NCBI GenBank assembly: GCA_949927585.1
Contig: CATLFA010000005.1
Span: forward strand, 2,319 to 66,318
Direction: 5' to 3'
Source: an uncultured Clostridiaceae bacterium
GTDB lineage: Bacteria; Bacillota; Clostridia; TANB77; CAG-508
DNA length: 64,000 bases
The notes beneath the pieces are model-generated. The model saw only the letters and a list, made by a program, of their open reading frames with translations. It was not told where the DNA came from and searched no databases. Below are positions 9,176 to 18,816 of the stretch, piece after piece. Made by a program: the position numbers and the translations under genes. How positions within the stretch are numbered: the first letter of the stretch is position 1; each line of letters begins with the position of its first letter.

Positions 9176-10738
9176 TTATCTTTGGTTTCTATTGTGTAAT
9201 ATTTCTTCTTCTAATTCATCTGTTATCATTTCTATTATCTCTTTTTGTTCTTTTTGTGGATATTCTTTTCTCTTTTCTTGGAATAATTTTTCTGCCTTTT
9301 GCATATCTGGTTTTCCTTGCTCATAATATCCCCATTTACTTGCTAACTCTTCATAATCTACATTATCATGTATATGCGTTTTTGTTTTTACATCTCCATC
9401 TATATCTTTTGTTTTTATTTCATCACCTGATATTATATTACCTTTTTCATCTTCATGCGCTTTTGCCTCTTGGTAACCTTTTTCCACACTTCTGTATCCT
9501 GTTTTATATTCTCCTGCTAAATCTCTTTCTTCTTTTTTCATGCTCCATACATTGTTTGTTTCTAACTCTCTATCTAAACTTTGATTTCCTTTTTGTCCTT
9601 TTCCTCCTATTGTTTTTCGCGGTGAATGATATACTTTTATTTCTCCATATTTTCCGTTTTTTACTGCAAAAGTCCCTCTCCCAATATTAAACCTTGATAA
9701 CACATCGTCTTTTGAAACTTCTCCCTTTTGGTCTACTTGGTAATTTTCTTCCCTTGGATTAGTTCCTTTTTGATAATCTTGTGAAAGTTCTAATGGTACA
9801 ACGGAACCATCCTTTGCTATTGCTACAAATGAATATCTTGTTGTATTCACTTTTGCTGTTTCTCCTCTAGTATTTATTAAATTGTCTCTTTGTTCTGATT
9901 CTATTACTCCCATTTGTATGAATTTCTTACCTTCTATTTGAGGAAGTTTATCGTTTTCTTCTAAAAGCTGACCTAATGTTTTCATATCTGTTACTTTATC
10001 GTTCATTTCCATTTCTTGCTTAATATTAACATCTTTTATTGTACTTTGTTTTTTGTTTTGTATCATCATTATATTATTTATATTTCTCTCATCATTTTGT
10101 TTCTTTTGTATTCTTTGTTTTAAATCTAAAGTTGCTAATTTTGTAATTTCATAACCTGTTTCTATACCTATTGCTGTTGATATTATATCTATTTGCTTTT
10201 GTTTCTCTTCATTTATTGATATTTCTTTTTTTGTTAAATCTATTGATATTACAACATCTCTTATTTGCTTACCTATTTCATCTTCTATTTTTTTATTTTT
10301 AAATATAATATTATTATCCATTAATTTTTTTACATATGTTCCAATTTCAACTGTTCCTAGATAATACTTTCCTTGTTCTTTTCCGTCTACCATATATAGA
10401 CCTAGAACTTTACCTTTTATTTTTAGTCTTTCTATTAAGTAAATATCTTCAACTTCTGCAATTTCACCAGTTTCTATCAATTTTCTCTCAATTTTTTTCA
10501 TATCGTTTTCAAATTTTCTGTCGCTTATTATAAATCCTATCAAATTATTATTAATTATATCAATTATAATGCATTCCTTTTGTTTTCCTATTAGTTCTTG
10601 TAATTCAAAATCTCCTGTATCTTCAATATATATTTTTTGAGTTAAAGATATATCTTCAGAAACAAAATATTTTTTATTATTTGTTATTCCTATTATTTTT
10701 ACTTTTCTCTTTTTACCTATTAATTCTTTTGAATTCAT
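9176..10738 (-). CDS. hypothetical protein, last gene of the T4SS-like block or an independent gene
   Basis: 520-aa ORF rich in K/E. No motif recognised. Confidence 0.45.
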   Translation of the reverse strand: MNSKELIGKKRKVKIIGITNNKKYFVSEDISLTQKIYIEDTGDFELQELIGKQKECIIIDIINNNLIGFIISDRKFENDMKKIERKLIETGEIAEVEDIYLIERLKIKGKVLGLYMVDGKEQGKYYLGTVEIGTYVKKLMDNNIIFKNKKIEDEIGKQIRDVVISIDLTKKEISINEEKQKQIDIISTAIGIETGYEITKLATLDLKQRIQKKQNDERNINNIMMIQNKKQSTIKDVNIKQEMEMNDKVTDMKTLGQLLEENDKLPQIEGKKFIQMGVIESEQRDNLINTRGETAKVNTTRYSFVAIAKDGSVVPLELSQDYQKGTNPREENYQVDQKGEVSKDDVLSRFNIGRGTFAVKNGKYGEIKVYHSPRKTIGGKGQKGNQSLDRELETNNVWSMKKEERDLAGEYKTGYRSVEKGYQEAKAHEDEKGNIISGDEIKTKDIDGDVKTKTHIHDNVDYEELASKWGYYEQGKPDMQKAEKLFQEKRKEYPQKEQKEIIEMITDELEEEILHNRNQR

Positions 10739-10764
10739 ATTATCACCTAAAATTATTATATATT

Positions 10765-10798
10765 AAAAAAAAGGCAGAAACAAGTCCTGCCTTTTTTA
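10765..10798 (-). terminator. rho-independent terminator (usable in both directions)
   Basis: AAAAAAAAGGCAG-aaacaagtc-CTGCCTTTTTTAAAA. Confidence 0.65.
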
Positions 10799-10899
10799 AA
10801 ACTTCCAATTAGAATAGATTTCATATTTACATAGGTTAGCTGCCTGAGCAAATTGAGTTACAGATGACTTAAGTAGAGATATTCCTCTTACATAAGTCA

Positions 10900-12219
10900 T
10901 TATATTTCAAAAGACATCTTGAAATCTGTTCCTTCTAATAGTTTTATAATTAATTTGTATGTTCTTTGTTCATTACTATTTTCTACATTTCTTATTTTTA
11001 CTGTATATGTGTATAAGTCTGAATCTATCATTGCATATGACTCAATGTTTATAGAATTATAATTATATGTTTGCTGTTTTATAAATTCTTCAAACTTTTG
11101 TAATGTAGCAAAATTATTATTCTTAAAAGTATTATCTAGTTTTGTATATGCATTTTGATAGTCTTTCATATTAATCATTTCAAAGAATTTTTCTACATTT
11201 TTTGCGCCTTTATCTACTTGTCTTAATTTATTATATTCTTCTACTAATTCCTTATTTTCAATAGTATAATCATCTAATTGTACTGTATAATTCATTAATG
11301 ATTTTTCTTTAAATATATATACAAAATCGTATTGGTCTTTACATATATATATTGTATATTCTTTATCATTTATTATTTTATATTCTTTTAGCGTTATCAA
11401 CATATCTTTCTTTTCTTGTGTATAATTAACAAATTTATCATATGTTTTGAATTTACTTTCTTTATACTGCTCATCTAATAAGTTATATGCTAGACTTGGG
11501 TTAGTTCTTACTAATTTCATATAGTTATTTAAATAGTATTGTGCCATTTGTTTATCTGATATATTAGTATAACTAAATTTATTATATTCATTTTCCTCTA
11601 TTGAAGCTTCTGATATGTTTATATCCTCTATTTTCATGTTCTCATTATAATTGTACTTTTTAAAATAATCATTTAAGAATATTGAAAAGGTATTATCTTC
11701 AGAATCTGTTTTTATAATAAGGTTAAACTCTTCATTTCCTATAAATGCATATACAATATAAATATCTATTTTTGCTGATTTATCATATATATATATTTTA
11801 TCTATTATACTTTGATAATTATTATATTTTTTTGCAAAATTTATTATATTTGCATCATTATTATTCATTGCTTTCTTGTATTCATCATCTAGCATTTCAT
11901 TAATTATTTTAGTTCCTTCTTTTTGAAATGCATCTTTTGCAGATTGTTCATCTATAAGTGTTTTATCATATTCCATATCTCCATTTGTTTCTTTTATATA
12001 TGATACTAGCGATGAAACTATCTTTTCTACTACAAAGTATTTATTCCTATTATCTAATAGTTCTATATTTTGTTTATTTTCATATAATATTTGATTTTCA
12101 AAGTTTGTTTCGTAATTATCTGTATTAAAGTACTTATTTATAATAAATAATAATGTTACACATATAATTATAACTATAATAGCTATTATACCAAATATTA
12201 AAATTTTTCTATTACTCAT
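10900..12219 (-). CDS. membrane-anchored protein with repeated NTF2-like-looking segments (conjugation-module accessory)
   Basis: 439 aa with an N-terminal TM (ILIFGIIAIIVIIICVTLLFII). It sits immediately downstream of the hydrolase gene. Confidence 0.45.
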   Translation of the reverse strand: MSNRKILIFGIIAIIVIIICVTLLFIINKYFNTDNYETNFENQILYENKQNIELLDNRNKYFVVEKIVSSLVSYIKETNGDMEYDKTLIDEQSAKDAFQKEGTKIINEMLDDEYKKAMNNNDANIINFAKKYNNYQSIIDKIYIYDKSAKIDIYIVYAFIGNEEFNLIIKTDSEDNTFSIFLNDYFKKYNYNENMKIEDINISEASIEENEYNKFSYTNISDKQMAQYYLNNYMKLVRTNPSLAYNLLDEQYKESKFKTYDKFVNYTQEKKDMLITLKEYKIINDKEYTIYICKDQYDFVYIFKEKSLMNYTVQLDDYTIENKELVEEYNKLRQVDKGAKNVEKFFEMINMKDYQNAYTKLDNTFKNNNFATLQKFEEFIKQQTYNYNSINIESYAMIDSDLYTYTVKIRNVENSNEQRTYKLIIKLLEGTDFKMSFEI

Positions 12220-12234
12220 ATGTTATCTCCTAAT

Positions 12235-14709
12235 TTAATTTGGAACTCTTAATATTTTTACTAGTCTATTAATTGTATGTCCTGATGTACTTGTTTCTTT
12301 TGCTGCAATACTAGTATTTCCTCCACAATTATATACTACTGGTTTGTTTCCATTTAATGAACCTGCATATATCTCTACGTGTCCATTATAACATAGTATA
12401 TCTCCTGCTCTCGCATTTTCAATACCTCTTATTTCTTGCCAGCCTTCTGGATTTCTTCTAAATGTTGAAGATGACCATTGACCCATTCCTTCTCTAAAAT
12501 TTGAACTTCTATATCCTGAATTTAAAATTACCCATGTAACATATGAGCTACAGTCTATAGTTTTTGTTTTATAATTAGGTAATGTTATTCCACTTCTTTG
12601 TGCATAACTATATCCATTTTCTCTTACATATTTATGTACTGCTTCTGCCGCTTGAATAATATTTTCTGAACCTTCTAAATTTCCTAAAACTAGTTCTCCT
12701 AAATAATCTATATTTGTATAGAAGATATGAGTATTTGGGTCTTCAAATAAATATACATAGAATGAATGTTTTTCTTCTGAAGAAGTTGGCATTCCTGCAC
12801 TTATTGCAGATTCTTTTGTTCTAAAGTAGAATGCTCCACCTGTTGTGTCTCCTCCTGCAATTACACTATCTACCGCTCTTTTTGTTTTTTCTGAGGGTAC
12901 TGCTCTTGCTAAGTGTCCATTATTTACACATGCAAATTGATTTGCTTGATATATAACTCCTGATATTGTGTTTGGAAAATTAGATGATTTTACTCTATTT
13001 AATACTACACATGCTACGTGTCCAATTTCTGGTTCACTACTTCCACCAGCTTCTGCTTCGCACAATTTATATAGTAGTTCTAAATCATCTTCGTCTATAT
13101 CTTCATATTCTATCTCTTCATCTTCATATGGATTATAGTCTTCTCTACCATAAGGTATATCTAAATCTTCATTCTCTGGGAAGGTCATTAAGTATTTCAT
13201 ATGATCTATTAGACCTTGCATTTTTACTTTATACTCACTTGCACTGTCTTCTTCTACACTTGCAGATTCGTTCCCTTCAATATTCTCTCCAAGTATTCCA
13301 TATAACATTTCTGCTTTATTTAATAATTCATTTAATGGCATTTTTCTTTCATTTGTACTGTTTGGTTTTTCATATGTAACATTTGTACCTTGTTTATCAA
13401 ATTCTGCTTTTTCTGCACATATCTCTACTCTATGTGGATTTTTGTAACAATCCTCATAATAGCATTTTCCATTTTCATTACGTAATAATCCTAAAAATTG
13501 TTTAGATTTTTCAACTGAGTTTACTAATATTCCTGGGTTATATGTTGTAACTGTTGTTGTTGTTTGTGTAGAAGTTTTTGTTTCCACTAAGAATGTATCA
13601 TACCATTTCTCTGGGTGTTCTATTTCAACTCCTGCATAGTTTATTTCTGTATATCCCTCTTGATAATTGCTAAGAGTAGATGGCAATGGAATTTGCTCTG
13701 TAATTGGACCATTTTCTTCTACATTTTGTTCTATATTTTTAGTATATTCATATTCTTCATAAAAACTCCAAGTATTTGCATATTCAATTTCTAAATGTGG
13801 TTCTGTAGTTGTTGTAATTACTATCTTTCTTCTCTTTTTCTCTTGCTCATTAGTTTTATCGGCTCCTGATGTTGCACTACTACTATGATTTTGATAGCTT
13901 TCATATTTTTCTTCTACTTCTGTAACTACTCTTTCAACTGTTGTATCATCTTGAACTACTAAGTCTATTTCTGTTTGCCTTGCTAACATTGCTACATGGT
14001 ACACAAATTCTGGGCTACCTGTTAACTCACACAAACTTACTAAAAATTCATATGGCATAGTGTATTTTGAAATATATGATTTATAATCTATATGTTCTTC
14101 ACCCTCAATTATTATTTCTGTAGTATCTGCACCTATTCCAAATCTTTCATTTATCCAACTTTGTACATTTTCAAACCATGTATTTATTCCATTTGAAATG
14201 TCTCCTTCTATTGTTTCAACTGTTTTTACTTTTGCAATAACTACATTTCCTTCTTCATCTAATGTATAACGATACCTAATTTTTTTATCTTGCCTATTTA
14301 CAAGTTGTTGCCATTCATCTGGAGTTACATATTGCATTTGTACATATTCTTCACTACCTATTTCTTTTATGTACTCATTTCCATCGTTATCTACTTGCAA
14401 AGCTCCACTTGTATCTGTAATTTGCTTAGTTCTATATAAGTATACTCCTCCATCAATCCAATCATCATCATGTTGATGTACTAGTTGTGTTCCTCTTCTC
14501 TTATGTATGCTCTGTGTAATTAAATCCGCTTTTATAAATTCTTTAATATATTTTTGTATATTTTCTTTTTGTTCTCTATATCCATTATCTGTCAAGATTT
14601 TTTCTATTAACTCTTTTTCTGTTAATTTCCCATCTCCATCTTTATAATCTATATCTCCTAGTAAACCCAAGTCTTTTAATGATATACCTAAATTTTCTAA
14701 GTTTCTCAT
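12235..14709 (-). CDS. T4SS-associated peptidoglycan hydrolase: SleB-type cell-wall hydrolase domain plus C-terminal NlpC/P60-type domain
   Basis: CEAEAGGSSEPEIGHVACVVLNRVKSSNFPNTISGVIYQANQFACV is Hydrolase_2/SleB-like. IDCSSYVTWVI...GDILCYNGHVEIYAG is an NlpC/P60 Cys...His arrangement. There is no signal peptide of its own; see the finding on fusion with ORF 14747..15130. Confidence 0.75.
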   Translation of the reverse strand: MRNLENLGISLKDLGLLGDIDYKDGDGKLTEKELIEKILTDNGYREQKENIQKYIKEFIKADLITQSIHKRRGTQLVHQHDDDWIDGGVYLYRTKQITDTSGALQVDNDGNEYIKEIGSEEYVQMQYVTPDEWQQLVNRQDKKIRYRYTLDEEGNVVIAKVKTVETIEGDISNGINTWFENVQSWINERFGIGADTTEIIIEGEEHIDYKSYISKYTMPYEFLVSLCELTGSPEFVYHVAMLARQTEIDLVVQDDTTVERVVTEVEEKYESYQNHSSSATSGADKTNEQEKKRRKIVITTTTEPHLEIEYANTWSFYEEYEYTKNIEQNVEENGPITEQIPLPSTLSNYQEGYTEINYAGVEIEHPEKWYDTFLVETKTSTQTTTTVTTYNPGILVNSVEKSKQFLGLLRNENGKCYYEDCYKNPHRVEICAEKAEFDKQGTNVTYEKPNSTNERKMPLNELLNKAEMLYGILGENIEGNESASVEEDSASEYKVKMQGLIDHMKYLMTFPENEDLDIPYGREDYNPYEDEEIEYEDIDEDDLELLYKLCEAEAGGSSEPEIGHVACVVLNRVKSSNFPNTISGVIYQANQFACVNNGHLARAVPSEKTKRAVDSVIAGGDTTGGAFYFRTKESAISAGMPTSSEEKHSFYVYLFEDPNTHIFYTNIDYLGELVLGNLEGSENIIQAAEAVHKYVRENGYSYAQRSGITLPNYKTKTIDCSSYVTWVILNSGYRSSNFREGMGQWSSSTFRRNPEGWQEIRGIENARAGDILCYNGHVEIYAGSLNGNKPVVYNCGGNTSIAAKETSTSGHTINRLVKILRVPN

Positions 14710-14746
14710 ATATTCATCTACTAAAGTTGCTTTACTTTTTCTCTCT

Positions 14747-15130
14747 TCACCGGGTGTCTTTATCTAAATATGAGAATTCTATTTCTTTATCTAGTTTTAT
14801 CCAATAATCATCAGTCATCCATTTCCAGAAACTAGAAACTGTTGTTGTTGCATTTGACATTAAATTAATTAGAGTATCTTGCACAGTCATAATTATTGCA
14901 TAAAAAGATAGTACTATAAAAATTACTGCAAACATTCCTGCAATTGCTGTTATAAGTTTTCTTTTTAGTGCTTTTTTTATTGCTGAACTTTTAGCTAATT
15001 TTATTGCACTTTTAGCTGCACCTACTATATTACCTGATGACGCTGCTGCTGCAAGTTTACCTGCTTCTTGTGCAGTTTGCTTTGCTTCTTCTACTTTATT
15101 TTGTCCTTCTTTATTTCCCATATTCACCAC
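14747..15130 (-). CDS. small TM protein, probably the N-terminal membrane anchor of the hydrolase
   Basis: 127 aa with one TM (ITAIAGMFAVIFIVLSFYAIIM). It ends ...ACC CGG TGA. The +1 frame from the CGG is open into the ATG at 14709. Confidence 0.5.
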   Translation of the reverse strand: MVNMGNKEGQNKVEEAKQTAQEAGKLAAAASSGNIVGAAKSAIKLAKSSAIKKALKRKLITAIAGMFAVIFIVLSFYAIIMTVQDTLINLMSNATTTVSSFWKWMTDDYWIKLDKEIEFSYLDKDTR

Positions 15131-15140
15131 CTTCCTTGCT

Positions 15141-16071
15141 TTACCATGCTACTTCTATTTTTGACCTTTCTGTTATATTTTCATTTGTATATTTTTCATA
15201 ATCTTGTACAACATCTGTAAAAGTTATTTTTTTAGTTATTATACTTGCATTATATTTTTTATTAAATTTCAAATTATATGTTTTAGAGCCATATGATGTA
15301 ATTTCATATAAATTACTAGGTATTTCATTTGTAAATGCTATATATTTTACATTGTCTGTACCGGCTTGCATATACACTTTTTGAGCTTTTTCTAGTATCT
15401 AAGCAAATATCCTTATTTGTGTTATTTTGTACTTTAATTTCATATATTTCATAATCTACATATAATTTTTGCTTTGCTACTGTTACTAATATTCCATTTT
15501 GTTCAACTTTCTTATTTATTTCATTTACTATAATTAAACTATTAATGCTTAATTTTCCACTTTCTTTTTCTATGGTAATGTAATCTTGATAATAATCTTT
15601 AGAAGAAACACTTCCAGCACCTAATACATCTCCATAAAAAGTAACTTTATATGTATTTGTTTTTGTTGAGTTTTTATAATTTTCAATTTTTGTAGTTCTA
15701 CTTTCTGTAAAAATTATGTTATAGTAATCTTTTATAAATCTTTCCTTAGTTGGAAATAGTGTATTTTTGCAACCTTCTGATAATAAATTGTACGCATTAT
15801 CTATATCATTTGAATTACATTTTTCTACAAAGTCTTGTATTAAGCTTACATTTGTTTTTGTTTTTTCTATATTTACTTTTTCACCTGTAATAATGGACTG
15901 CGTTGGCATATCTTCTTCAACTATATTTTGATTATTATTTTTTTTCTCCTGTGAAGCTCTTATTGCATTAGCATTTAATGCTTTTATAATAATGAAAAAG
16001 AAAGCTACTGCCAATGCTATTATAATAATTTTTCCTCTGTTTTGGTTCCATATCCTAATTAATCTATTCAT
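15141..16071 (-). CDS. TcpC/VirB8-like membrane-anchored protein, interrupted by a +1 frame break (ORFs 15325..16071 and 15141..15377)
   Basis: It has an N-terminal TM (IIIIALAVAFFFIII). Its position between the VirB6-like and hydrolase genes matches TcpC/Orf13-type genes. The two ORFs overlap in +1 relation. Confidence 0.5.
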
Positions 16072-16102
16072 TGTAAGTAGCCTCCTATTTTTATTTATTC
16101 AA

Positions 16103-18799
16103 TTATTTCTTTGTTCCACTGTTTTGTGGTCCTAGTCCTTTTGGATTTTTTGAGTTATTTGTTCTTGGTTTTGTAGCTCCTGAATTGCTTGTATTTGTAT
16201 TATTTATCCTTGGCTTTGTTGTTCCTGAATTGCTTGTATTCGTATTATTTGTTCTTGGTTTCGTTGTTCCTGAATTGCTTGTATTTGTATTATTTGTCCT
16301 TGGTCTTGTTTCTCTTGGCTTATTATCTATTTGAGCACTTGAAGAACTTCCTATGCCTTTTACTTTATTTGCATCATATGATTGTCCATTTTGAGCTTTC
16401 ATTACATTTAATACATAATCAGCTTGTTTAGCTGCTTCTGTTTCACTAAAGCCTTTATCCTTAAATTCTTGAGTAAAGTCTTCTCTTCTTTGATTATATT
16501 TCTTCTCATCTCCAAGGACATCTGAAGTAATTTTCCTGTCTTTAGCAAGTAATGCAATTTTTGCTGATTGTGCTTCTGATACTCCAAGTTTTTCAGCTTT
16601 TCTAGCTCTGTAAATTTGTGCAATATCTGTCATTCCCTCATCTGCATATTTACTTATTTTCTCTTTTTCAGCTTTAAACTCTTGTGTTGTTGGAGCTTGT
16701 CCATTATGTTCTTTAGCCCATTTATCTCTAATATATTGATTTGTACTTGAATCCTTCATAAATGCTTTTGCTTTATACTTATCATTCATATTTGTATTTC
16801 CATTGAATGTATCTATTGTATTTCTTCCTGCACTTCTTACATTATTTACACCTCTTGATAATGTTGTTGCTACTTTTTCTGGTGCTTCACTAATCTTAGT
16901 TCCTATATTCTTTCCTATTGCTCTTCCTGCTGTTGCACCAGCTATAACTCCTCCAATACCTTTACCAGATGCTAGACCTGCACCAGCACCAATAATAGTT
17001 CCAGATGTTGCCAATGCTGTTCTAGCTGTAAATTTAGCAGCTCTTCCTAATGTTCTAGCTCCTTTTAGTGCTATTCCTTTTTTGCCACCATGTGCACTTA
17101 CGATATTGTTTATTCCCCTTAACATATGTTCTTGGTCTTCTTTTCCATGATACATACTTTTTGGTGCTGTCTGTCCCTCTTCTTGTTCCTTATCATTTTG
17201 TTGGTCTGATAATTGTCTCTGCTGTTGTTCTAATTGCCTTTGTTGTTCCTCTAATTGTCTTTCTTGTTCCTGTTGTCTTAATTGCTTTTGTTGTTCTTCT
17301 AATTGTCTTTGTTGTTCTTGTTCCTGTTGTCTTTTTTGTTGCTCTGCAAATATTTCGGCTGCTTTTTCTTGTGGTTTTTCTTCTACTAATGTATCTGCTT
17401 TTGGTGCATTATTTTCTTTTCCTGAATTTTTATTATAATTTATACCATCTGTTCCATGATTTTTTATATATTTTGGCTTTTCATTATCTTCTGATGATGT
17501 ATTATTAGTATTTTTAGGTGCACTTGCTGATCTCGATCCTCCTTTTCCTCCCATTTTAGAAGCAAGTGATGCCATTGTAAATCCTGCAAGAGGTCCCATT
17601 GCTCCTAATGGCGCTTTATCAAAACCAAACATTTTCTTTAGCATTTTTTCTGCTGGTAATATGAATCCTATTGCTGCTATTGCAAATATGAAGTTTGTTT
17701 TTACTAATTCTATGGCTGAGCCCACAAAAATCATATATATTATTAAATGAAATGGTTGAATTAAGGCAGTATATATATATTCTTTAAGCCACATATTAAA
17801 GGCTTGTGCTTTTCCATCTCCTATTTTGTCTATTGGATATGTAAGTGCTACAAGTGGTGCTATTATTGTTAAAAATGCCATTGTAAGTGCCCTTTTTAGA
17901 TAGTGGTAAGTGAAAATTCCTGTATATACTACTAATGCTATATAAATTAGTAAATACCCGAAACTTTCTAAGTTATCTTTACTTTGCACCATAAATCTTG
18001 CTGCACCCATAACATTTGTTGTAAAACTTTCTCCTCCTTCTACACTAACCACAACACTTTCTGCAGAATAATTACTTCCTGCTATTGCGTCATTTACTGA
18101 ATCTATTAATACTAATGTAAATGACATTATATAGTGTAAAAAGAATAGTAAACAAAGTGCTATTAGCCAATCCATGAACATTTGCTTATGTTTTGCTTTA
18201 TCTGCTGCTGTACTAGATAATATTATTCTAATACCAACATATACTAGCACACATAAAAGTCCTACTATTGATAAATTTCTAAGTGCTATGTACCAACCTG
18301 AAATGGTAGGTTGTAAAATTTCGGCTGTTCCTTGTACTCTATATTCAGTATTTTTAGATGTTAATTTTGGATTAATAAAGTTAATATCTAAATATGGAAC
18401 TTTATTACTAAAAATTTCTTCTGGTGTATATTTAATTGCTGGTACTTCATATGTATCTCCATCTGTATTTTTTCCCAAGTCCAAATCTTCTAATGATACT
18501 GTTATTGTTGGTTCTCCATCTGCTGGTTTTATTCTGTCGTCTCCTTGCTCTACCATTATTGCAGAGTCTCTAAATTTTTCGTCAGCTGCTTTTGCACCTG
18601 TCATAAACCACTGCATAAATGATGCAGCAGAATCTGTTATCATAGCAGTAAAGTCTATCATTGCATTTGCCAAAACTCCACCTACATTAGATAAAAAACC
18701 TGCATGTGAATAAGTTGGAACTATGAAATTAATACATAATACTGTAAGTATTAATAAAATTGTCTTTTGTAGTATTCCTTTCTTAGTAAATATCTTCAT
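16103..18799 (-). CDS. VirB6-like polytopic membrane protein (TcpH / CD3337-EF1877 type) with a long low-complexity C-terminus
   Basis: 898 aa with a signal-like N-terminus and several TM helices in the first ~400 aa. These are followed by a Q/E-rich coiled region and three PRTNNTNTSNSGTTK repeats. It lies directly downstream of VirB4. Confidence 0.65.
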   Translation of the reverse strand: MKIFTKKGILQKTILLILTVLCINFIVPTYSHAGFLSNVGGVLANAMIDFTAMITDSAASFMQWFMTGAKAADEKFRDSAIMVEQGDDRIKPADGEPTITVSLEDLDLGKNTDGDTYEVPAIKYTPEEIFSNKVPYLDINFINPKLTSKNTEYRVQGTAEILQPTISGWYIALRNLSIVGLLCVLVYVGIRIILSSTAADKAKHKQMFMDWLIALCLLFFLHYIMSFTLVLIDSVNDAIAGSNYSAESVVVSVEGGESFTTNVMGAARFMVQSKDNLESFGYLLIYIALVVYTGIFTYHYLKRALTMAFLTIIAPLVALTYPIDKIGDGKAQAFNMWLKEYIYTALIQPFHLIIYMIFVGSAIELVKTNFIFAIAAIGFILPAEKMLKKMFGFDKAPLGAMGPLAGFTMASLASKMGGKGGSRSASAPKNTNNTSSEDNEKPKYIKNHGTDGINYNKNSGKENNAPKADTLVEEKPQEKAAEIFAEQQKRQQEQEQQRQLEEQQKQLRQQEQERQLEEQQRQLEQQQRQLSDQQNDKEQEEGQTAPKSMYHGKEDQEHMLRGINNIVSAHGGKKGIALKGARTLGRAAKFTARTALATSGTIIGAGAGLASGKGIGGVIAGATAGRAIGKNIGTKISEAPEKVATTLSRGVNNVRSAGRNTIDTFNGNTNMNDKYKAKAFMKDSSTNQYIRDKWAKEHNGQAPTTQEFKAEKEKISKYADEGMTDIAQIYRARKAEKLGVSEAQSAKIALLAKDRKITSDVLGDEKKYNQRREDFTQEFKDKGFSETEAAKQADYVLNVMKAQNGQSYDANKVKGIGSSSSAQIDNKPRETRPRTNNTNTSNSGTTKPRTNNTNTSNSGTTKPRINNTNTSNSGATKPRTNNSKNPKGLGPQNSGTKK
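16151..16320 (-). repeat. 45-bp tandem repeat (about 3.5 copies) inside the 3' end of the VirB6-like gene
   Basis: Units occupy 16166-16210, 16211-16255 and 16256-16300, plus partial flanks. Each encodes KPRTNNTNTSNSGTT. Confidence 0.8.
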
Positions 18800-18816
18800 T
18801 GCTTACACCTTTCTTT

